NCBI GenBank assembly: GCA_050575255.1
Contig: JBNZDD010013120.1
Coordinates: forward strand, 6,476-59,430
Source of the DNA: Harriotta raleighana
Taxonomy: Eukaryota
Direction: 5' to 3'
Length of the DNA stretch: 52,955 bases
The position numbers and the translations under genes are program-made. Below the pieces are notes generated by a model. It searched no databases. It worked only from the letters and a program-made list of their open reading frames with translations, and had not been told where the DNA came from. Shown piece after piece: positions 44,869-52,955 of the stretch (within the stretch, counting starts at the first letter, position 1; every line of letters starts with the position of its first letter).

Positions 44869-46695
44869 ATGAATAGCATCTTCAACTCAGCCTACCTTAT
44901 GATTCTACTACTACTCTTCTTCCCCCTAATTTTACCATTATTCCAAAATGCCTTTGATAAAAACATAGAAAATCACGCTAAATGAGCAATCAAATTAAGC
45001 TTCTTCATCAGCCTCGTCCCCCTTGCTATATTTATTGAACAAGGAGTTCAAACCATTATCACAAACATTTCATGAATCAACCTACCCTTATTTAACATCA
45101 ACCTTAGTTTCAAATTCGACACATACTCCGTCATGTTTACATCTGTAGCCTTATACGTTACATGATCCATCCTAGAATTTACATCCTGATACATGTCCTC
45201 TGACCCTAATATTAACCGCTTCTTCAAATACTTACTCCTGTTTTTAATTACTATAATCCTCCTAGTTACTGCTAATAATATATTTCAACTCTTTATTGGC
45301 TGAGAAGGAGTAGGCATTATATCCTTCCTACTAATTGGATGATGGTACGGCCGAGCCGATGCCAACACTGCTGCTCTCCAAGCTGTCATTTATAACCGAA
45401 TTGGGGACATCGGCCTCATCCTGTGCATAATCTGACTAGCCACAAACCTTAACTCCTGAGATATAAACCAAGCCATATTCCTCTCAAAAGAACTTAATTT
45501 AACAACCCCCCTATTAGGGCTAGTCCTAGCCGCAACAGGAAAGTCTGCCCAATTTGGCCTCCACCCATGACTTCCTTCCGCTATAGAAGGCCCCACTCCC
45601 GTCTCAGCATTACTCCATTCCAGCACAATAGTAGTAGCCGGGATCTTCCTTTTAATTCGCCTAAGTCCTTTATTTCAAAACAATAAAGAAATCTTAACCC
45701 TCTGCCTATGTTTAGGGGCCCTAACAACCTTATTTACTGCTACTTGTGCCCTGACCCAAAATGACATCAAAAAGATCATTGCCTTTTCCACCTCCAGCCA
45801 ATTAGGGTTAATGATAGTTACCATCGGATTGAACCAACCATACTTAGCCTTCCTTCACGTATGCACACATGCTTTCTTCAAAGCCATATTATTCCTATGT
45901 TCCGGCTCCATCATCCACAGCCTAAATAATGAACAAGACATTCGTAAAATAGGAGGCCTAAATAATCTTATACCTTTTACCTCCTCCTGTATAATACTAG
46001 GGAGCCTTGCTCTCACGGGTATACCCTTCCTATCAGGATTTTTTTCCAAAGATGCAATCATCGAATCGCTTAACACCTCCTACCTGAACGCCTGAGCCCT
46101 TATTCTTACTCTCCTTGCAACTTCCTTCACCGCTATCTATAGCCTTCGGCTAATTACTTCCACCATAATAGGTTTCCCTCGATTCCCCTCCATTTCCCCC
46201 ATCAATGAAAACTACAAACTCCTTAAAAATCCCATTAAACGCCTAGCATACGGAAGTATCCTTGCAGGCTTCATCCTTACATCTAATATTCCCCACAACA
46301 AAAATCTTATTATAACTATACCTCCCCTAATAAAACTCACAGCCCTATTGATCACAATCCTCGGCCTCATCCTAGCCCTAGAACTCACTAACTTAACAAC
46401 CAAACAACTCAAGATCTCCCCTAATATAAAACTACATAATTTCTCTAATATATTAGGGTATTTTCCACCCATTATCCACCGTCTCCTGCCAAGTATTAAC
46501 TTGAAATGAGGACAAACAATTGCCACCCACACAATAGACCTAACCTGATATGAAAAAACAGGTCCAAAAATAACAGAACTTAACCAAAAAATCATTAAAA
46601 TTATTCATTCCCCCCAAAAAGGGATAATTAAAACCTATTTAACCCTCTCTCTTCTATCAATTATTACATTACTTCTCTTCTTTACTCTAATTTAA
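44869..46695 (+). CDS. ND5: NADH dehydrogenase subunit 5, copy 4
   Basis: Copy of 33868-35694. Confidence 0.94.
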
Positions 46696-47213
46696 ACCAC
46701 CCGCAACGCTCCTCGACTCAGTCCCCGAATTAATTCAAGAACTGCAAAAAGCGTTAAAAGAAGAATTCATCCAGCCAAAACTAACAACAACACCCCACTA
46801 GAATACATCAAAGACGTACCACTTAAGTCTCCCCGTCATAGACTCAAACCACTAAACTCATCAACCCCCAGCCAATTTAATATATTTCAATCCCCATAAA
46901 AATATAATACCCCTATACCTACTCCCACTAAATACAACACCACATTAGTCAAAACAGACCGGTCTCACCAACTTTTAGGAAACGGCTCAGCTGTTAAAGC
47001 AGCCGAATACACAAACACAACTAGTATTCCCCCTAAATAAATCAAAAACAAAACAAAAGACAAGAAAGAAGTACCATGACTAGCTAACAAACCACACCCC
47101 ACGGCCGCTGACACCACTAACCCAAATGCCCCAAAATAAGGAGCAGGATTAGACGCCACCGCCACCAAGCCCATAATAAAACATATAAGTATTAAAATTA
47201 CAAAATAAATCAT
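46692..47213 (-). CDS. ND6: NADH dehydrogenase subunit 6 (complete)
   Basis: 522 bp; VASNPAPYFGAFGLV, FLIYLGGMLVVFVYSAAL; reads through TGA=Trp to TAA. Confidence 0.95.
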
Positions 47214-47283
47214 TATTTCTATCTGGATTTTAACCAGAACTAATGACCTGAAAAATCACCGTTGTTAATTCAACTATAAAAAC
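47214..47283 (-). tRNA. trnE: tRNA-Glu (TTC)
   Basis: atgac-ctgaaaa-atcac arm on + strand; between ND6 and CYTB; second copy at 52859-52928. Confidence 0.88.
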
Positions 47284-47285
47284 AT

Positions 47286-47310
47286 ATGACCCAAAACCTA
47301 CGAAAAACCC
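47286..47310 (+). CDS. CYTB: cytochrome b, first 8 codons only
   Basis: MTQNLRKT directly after trnE. Confidence 0.85.
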
Positions 47311-47320
47311 NNNNNNNNNN

Positions 47321-47367
47321 ATGTCTTCGTCCTCCTATTAAGTCTCTATCTACAAGAAAACACCTAA
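47321..47367 (+). CDS. ATP6: ATP6 3' end fragment, copy 5
   Basis: [14 protein letters not shown] then TAA. Confidence 0.88.
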
Positions 47368-48152
47368 TGGCACACCAAGCACATCCATACCACATAGTAG
47401 ATCAAAGCCCTTGACCTTTAACAGGAGCAGTTGCAGCCCTACTTATAACATCGGGCCTAGCTATCTGATTTCATTACAATTCTTTTATTCTACTATCCAC
47501 CGGACTTATCCTCCTACTATTGACTGTAATCCAATGATGACGAGATGTAATTCGAGAAAGTACCTTTCAAGGACACCACACACTCCCAGTACAAAAAGGA
47601 CTACGATGAGGAATAGTCCTCTTTATTACATCTGAAGTTTTATTCTTCTTTGGCTTCTTCTGAGCTTTTTACCACTCTAGTTTAGCCCCTACTCCAGAAC
47701 TAGGAAACTGCTGGCCCCCTACAGGGGTATCTCCTTTAAACCCCTTTGAAGTACCCCTTCTAAATACAGCAATTTTATTAGCCTCAGGCGTAACAATCAC
47801 CTGGGCCCATCATAGCCTGATAGAAGGGTCCCGAAAAGAGATAACACAAGCCCTAACATTAACAGTTCTTCTAGGGGTGTACTTCACACTTCTACAAGCA
47901 ATAGAATACTACGAAGCCCCCTTTACAATTTCTGACGGGGTCTACGGCTCCACATTCTTCGTTGCCACAGGATTCCACGGCCTGCACGTCATCATCGGCA
48001 CTACCTTTCTCATGGTTTGCCTAGCACGCCAAATCCAATTTCATTTTACCTCAATGCACCACTTTGGCTTTGAAGCCGCAGCCTGATACTGACACTTTGT
48101 AGATGTTGTCTGATTATTCCTTTACGTGTCAATTTATTGATGAGGCTCATAA
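47367..48152 (+). CDS. COX3: cytochrome c oxidase subunit III, copy 5 (majority type)
   Basis: Copy at +38890. Confidence 0.94.
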
Positions 48153-48220
48153 ATCTTTCTAGTAAAATTTTACAAATGACTTCCAATCATTTAATCTTGG
48201 TTAAAACCCAAGGAGAGATA

Positions 48221-48571
48221 ATGAACCTCATTATTCTTGTTTTCATTGTATGCTTTACATTATCTTCAATTCTAGTAACCATTGCTTTTTGATTACCCCA
48301 ATTCAAACCGGATGGAGAGAAACTCTCCCCGTATGAATGTGGTTTTGACCCACTGGGCTCTGCCCGTCTACCCTTTTCCCTTCGCTTCTTCCTTGTCGCT
48401 ATTCTTTTTTTATTATTCGATCTAGAAATTGCCCTTCTTCTTCCTATTCCTTGAAGTAATCAACTAGAATCCCCAACAATAACCCTCACTGCTGCCCTAC
48501 TTATTATCATCCTTCTCACACTAGGCCTGGTATACGAATGACTCCAAGGAGGTTTAGAATGAGCAGAATAG
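48221..48571 (+). CDS. ND3: NADH dehydrogenase subunit 3, copy 5
   Basis: Copy at +38890. Confidence 0.94.
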
Positions 48572-48638
48572 GTGTTTAATCTAAACAAGAACACTAATTT
48601 CGACTTAGTACATCGTGATGAAAACACACGAACACCTT

Positions 48639-48935
48639 ATGACACCCTTACACTTCACATTCTCCGCAGCTTTCACATTAAGCTTCTTCGGCCTAACAAT
48701 TCACCGTACATATCTCCTCTCCGCCCTTCTTTGTTTAGAAGGAATAATACTAACACTATATGTCGCTCTAACCCTCTGATCTGTACAAAACAGCTCTTCC
48801 AACTACTTAGTAAGCCCCCTAATCCTACTAGCCTTTTCAGCATGTGAAGCATGTACAGGCCTAGCCCTTCTAGTAGCTACCACCCGCACCCATGGAAGTA
48901 ATCACTTACAAAACCTAAATCTCCTACAATGCTAA
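48639..48935 (+). CDS. ND4L: NADH dehydrogenase subunit 4L, copy 5
   Basis: Copy at +38890. Confidence 0.94.
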
Positions 48936-50305
48936 AAATTCTAATCCCCACCCTTATACTAATAACCTTTACCTGACTTACCCCCAAAAAATGATTATGA
49001 ACAACAACAACTTCTCACGCCTTCCTCATTGCTGTCGCCTCTCTAATTTGATTTAAATGGGATAACGAAACTGGCTGAACTTTTACTAATAATTTTGTAG
49101 GGGTAGACCCCCTCTCCGCCCCCTTGATAATCCTCACCTGTTGACTTCTCCCTTTAATAATAATAGCCAGTCAAAATCACCTAAAAACGGAGCCCATTAA
49201 TCACCAACGAGCCTACATTACCCTTTTAATCACCTTACAATTATCCCTAACCATAGCCTTCAGTTCCCTAGAAATGATTTCATTCTACATTATATTCGAA
49301 ACCACCCTCATCCCAACACTTATTCTCATCACCCGATGAGGAAACCAAAAAGAACGACTCAACGCAGGTATCTACTTCCTATTTTATACCCTAGCAGGCT
49401 CCCTCCCCCTTTTAGTTGCCCTCCTTACCCTCCAAAACTGAACACACTCCTTATCTTTGTTCATCCTTCCATTTACACAAACCCAAACAAACGACTGAGG
49501 TAATATTTTATGATGAGCCGCCTGCTTAACTGCCTTCTTAGTAAAAATACCCCTCTACGGAGTTCACCTCTGACTACCCAAAGCCCATGTAGAAGCCCCT
49601 ATCGCAGGCTCTATGATTTTAGCAGCTATCCTACTAAAACTAGGAGGATACGGATTAATACGTATTATTGTAGTCCTAAATCCCTTAACCAAAGACTACG
49701 CCTACCCCTTCATCATCCTCTCCGTCTGGGGCATTGTAATAGCTGGCTCTATTTGTATACGTCAGACAGATCTGAAATCCCTAATCGCTTATTCATCCGT
49801 CAGTCATATGGGCCTTGTAACTGCTGCTATTCTTATCCAAACCCCCTGAAGCTTCATAGGGGCGATATTACTAATGATCTCTCACGGATTAATCTCCTCC
49901 GCCCTATTCTGCTTAGCTAATACAAACTATGAACGAATCCATAGCCGCACCCTTCTGCTAGCCCGAGGAATTCAGACGATCCTTCCACTAATAGCATCCT
50001 GATGATTCCTAACCAACCTAGCTAATCTAGCTCTTCCTCCCTCTACTAACTTAATAGGAGAACTATTAATCATGACCTCCCTATTCTCCTGATCTGTTTG
50101 AACCCTTATTTTAACAGGGTTTGGCACTCTTATTACAGTTTGCTACTCCCTTTATATGTTCCTAATAACCCAACGAGGTCTCACTCCCTCTCATTTAATT
50201 ACCCTCCACCCTTCCCACACACGAGAACACCTAATAATTAGTCTCCATCTCATCCCCTCCGCTCTCTTAATTCTTTCTCCCAACCTTATTTTAGGATGAA
50301 CATAA
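48929..50305 (+). CDS. ND4: NADH dehydrogenase subunit 4, copy 5
   Basis: Copy of 21287-22663. Confidence 0.94.
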
Positions 50306-50513
50306 CAGGTATAGTTTAACTAAAACAATAAATTGTGGTTTTATAAATGAAAGTTAAAATCTTTTTGTCCGTCGAACAAGACTAAGGAGTACAAAGAATT
50401 GCTAATTCTCGAAACCATAGTTCAACTCTATGGCTTGATCAACTCCTAAAAGATAATAGTCATCTATTGGTCTTAGGAACCAAAAATTCTTGGTGCAACC
50501 CCAAGTAGAAGTA

Positions 50514-52340
50514 ATGAATAGCATCTTCAACTCAGCCTACCTTATGATTCTACTACTACTCTTCTTCCCCCTAATTTTACCATTATTCCAAAATGCCTTT
50601 GATAAAAACATAGAAAATCACGCTAAATGAGCAATCAAATTAAGCTTCTTCATCAGCCTCGTCCCCCTTGCTATATTTATTGAACAAGGAGTTCAAACCA
50701 TTATCACAAACATTTCATGAATCAACCTACCCTTATTTAACATCAACCTTAGTTTCAAATTCGACACATACTCCGTCATGTTTACATCTGTAGCCTTATA
50801 CGTTACATGATCCATCCTAGAATTTACATCCTGATACATGTCCTCTGACCCTAATATTAACCGCTTCTTCAAATACTTACTCCTGTTTTTAATTACTATA
50901 ATCCTCCTAGTTACTGCTAATAATATATTTCAACTCTTTATTGGCTGAGAAGGAGTAGGCATTATATCCTTCCTACTAATTGGATGATGGTACGGCCGAG
51001 CCGATGCCAACACTGCTGCTCTCCAAGCTGTCATTTATAACCGAATTGGGGACATCGGCCTCATCCTGTGCATAATCTGACTAGCCACAAACCTTAACTC
51101 CTGAGATATAAACCAAGCCATATTCCTCTCAAAAGAACTTAATTTAACAACCCCCCTATTAGGGCTAGTCCTAGCCGCAACAGGAAAGTCTGCCCAATTT
51201 GGCCTCCACCCATGACTTCCTTCCGCTATAGAAGGCCCCACTCCCGTCTCAGCATTACTCCATTCCAGCACAATAGTAGTAGCCGGGATCTTCCTTTTAA
51301 TTCGCCTAAGTCCTTTATTTCAAAACAATAAAGAAATCTTAACCCTCTGCCTATGTTTAGGGGCCCTAACAACCTTATTTACTGCTACTTGTGCCCTGAC
51401 CCAAAATGACATCAAAAAGATCATTGCCTTTTCCACCTCCAGCCAATTAGGGTTAATGATAGTTACCATCGGATTGAACCAACCATACTTAGCCTTCCTT
51501 CACGTATGCACACATGCTTTCTTCAAAGCCATATTATTCCTATGTTCCGGCTCCATCATCCACAGCCTAAATAATGAACAAGACATTCGTAAAATAGGAG
51601 GCCTAAATAATCTTATACCTTTTACCTCCTCCTGTATAATACTAGGGAGCCTTGCTCTCACGGGTATACCCTTCCTATCAGGATTTTTTTCCAAAGATGC
51701 AATCATCGAATCGCTTAACACCTCCTACCTGAACGCCTGAGCCCTTATTCTTACTCTCCTTGCAACTTCCTTCACCGCTATCTATAGCCTTCGGCTAATT
51801 ACTTCCACCATAATAGGTTTCCCTCGATTCCCCTCCATTTCCCCCATCAATGAAAACTACAAACTCCTTAAAAATCCCATTAAACGCCTAGCATACGGAA
51901 GTATCCTTGCAGGCTTCATCCTTACATCTAATATTCCCCACAACAAAAATCTTATTATAACTATACCTCCCCTAATAAAACTCACAGCCCTATTGATCAC
52001 AATCCTCGGCCTCATCCTAGCCCTAGAACTCACTAACTTAACAACCAAACAACTCAAGATCTCCCCTAATATAAAACTACATAATTTCTCTAATATATTA
52101 GGGTATTTTCCACCCATTATCCACCGTCTCCTGCCAAGTATTAACTTGAAATGAGGACAAACAATTGCCACCCACACAATAGACCTAACCTGATATGAAA
52201 AAACAGGTCCAAAAATAACAGAACTTAACCAAAAAATCATTAAAATTATTCATTCCCCCCAAAAAGGGATAATTAAAACCTATTTAACCCTCTCTCTTCT
52301 ATCAATTATTACATTACTTCTCTTCTTTACTCTAATTTAA
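50514..52340 (+). CDS. ND5: NADH dehydrogenase subunit 5, copy 5
   Basis: Copy of 33868-35694. Confidence 0.94.
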
Positions 52341-52858
52341 ACCACCCGCAACGCTCCTCGACTCAGTCCCCGAATTAATTCAAGAACTGCAAAAAGCGTT
52401 AAAAGAAGAATTCATCCAGCCAAAACTAACAACAACACCCCACTAGAATACATCAAAGACGTACCACTTAAGTCTCCCCGTCATAGACTCAAACCACTAA
52501 ACTCATCAACCCCCAGCCAATTTAATATATTTCAATCCCCATAAAAATATAATACCCCTATACCTACTCCCACTAAATACAACACCACATTAGTCAAAAC
52601 AGACCGGTCTCACCAACTTTTAGGAAACGGCTCAGCTGTTAAAGCAGCCGAATACACAAACACAACTAGTATTCCCCCTAAATAAATCAAAAACAAAACA
52701 AAAGACAAGAAAGAAGTACCATGACTAGCTAACAAACCACACCCCACGGCCGCTGACACCACTAACCCAAATGCCCCAAAATAAGGAGCAGGATTAGACG
52801 CCACCGCCACCAAGCCCATAATAAAACATATAAGTATTAAAATTACAAAATAAATCAT
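52337..52858 (-). CDS. ND6: NADH dehydrogenase subunit 6, copy 5
   Basis: Copy of 46692-47213. Confidence 0.94.
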
Positions 52859-52930
52859 TATTTCTATCTGGATTTTAACCAGAACTAATGACCTGAAAAA
52901 TCACCGTTGTTAATTCAACTATAAAAACAT

Positions 52931-52955
52931 ATGACCCAAAACCTACGAAAAACCC
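52931..52955 (+). CDS. CYTB: cytochrome b, first 8 codons only, copy 5
   Basis: MTQNLRKT at window end. Confidence 0.85.

Larger units (their letters stand above)
47321..52955 (+). repeat. mitogenome copy 5 (ATP6 3' end to CYTB start), equivalent to 8431-14065
   Basis: Offset +38890; ends at same base as copy 4. Confidence 0.97.

Overview
This window is not a continuous locus. It is five overlapping, same-orientation copies of one vertebrate mitochondrial genome, joined by 10-N spacers: seg1 1-11238, seg2 11249-23352, seg3 23363-35978, seg4 35989-47310, seg5 47321-52955. Collapsed, they give about 14,065 non-redundant bp, from inside 12S rRNA to the first codons of CYTB, in standard vertebrate gene order and the vertebrate mitochondrial code. 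The control region, tRNA-Phe/Thr/Pro and most of CYTB are absent. Protein motifs suggest a cartilaginous fish, possibly a chimaera (Holocephali); this is from recall, not a search. Offsets from seg1 coordinates: seg2 +11248, seg3 +22244, seg4 +33242 (+33245 after an ATP8 indel), seg5 +38890. CDS and rRNA copies are listed per segment; tRNAs are listed once. Main anomaly: seg4 carries eight short (41-117 bp) blocks between 40208 and 41875 (COX2, ATP8, ATP6, COX3). They differ from the other copies at roughly 25-35% of sites, mostly synonymously and in frame, and are separated by stretches that match the other copies. Seg4 is therefore a mosaic with a second, divergent mitochondrial-type sequence. 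An assembly or correction chimera is the leading explanation; true recombination or a NUMT donor cannot be excluded. I see no convincing evidence of a new gene system.
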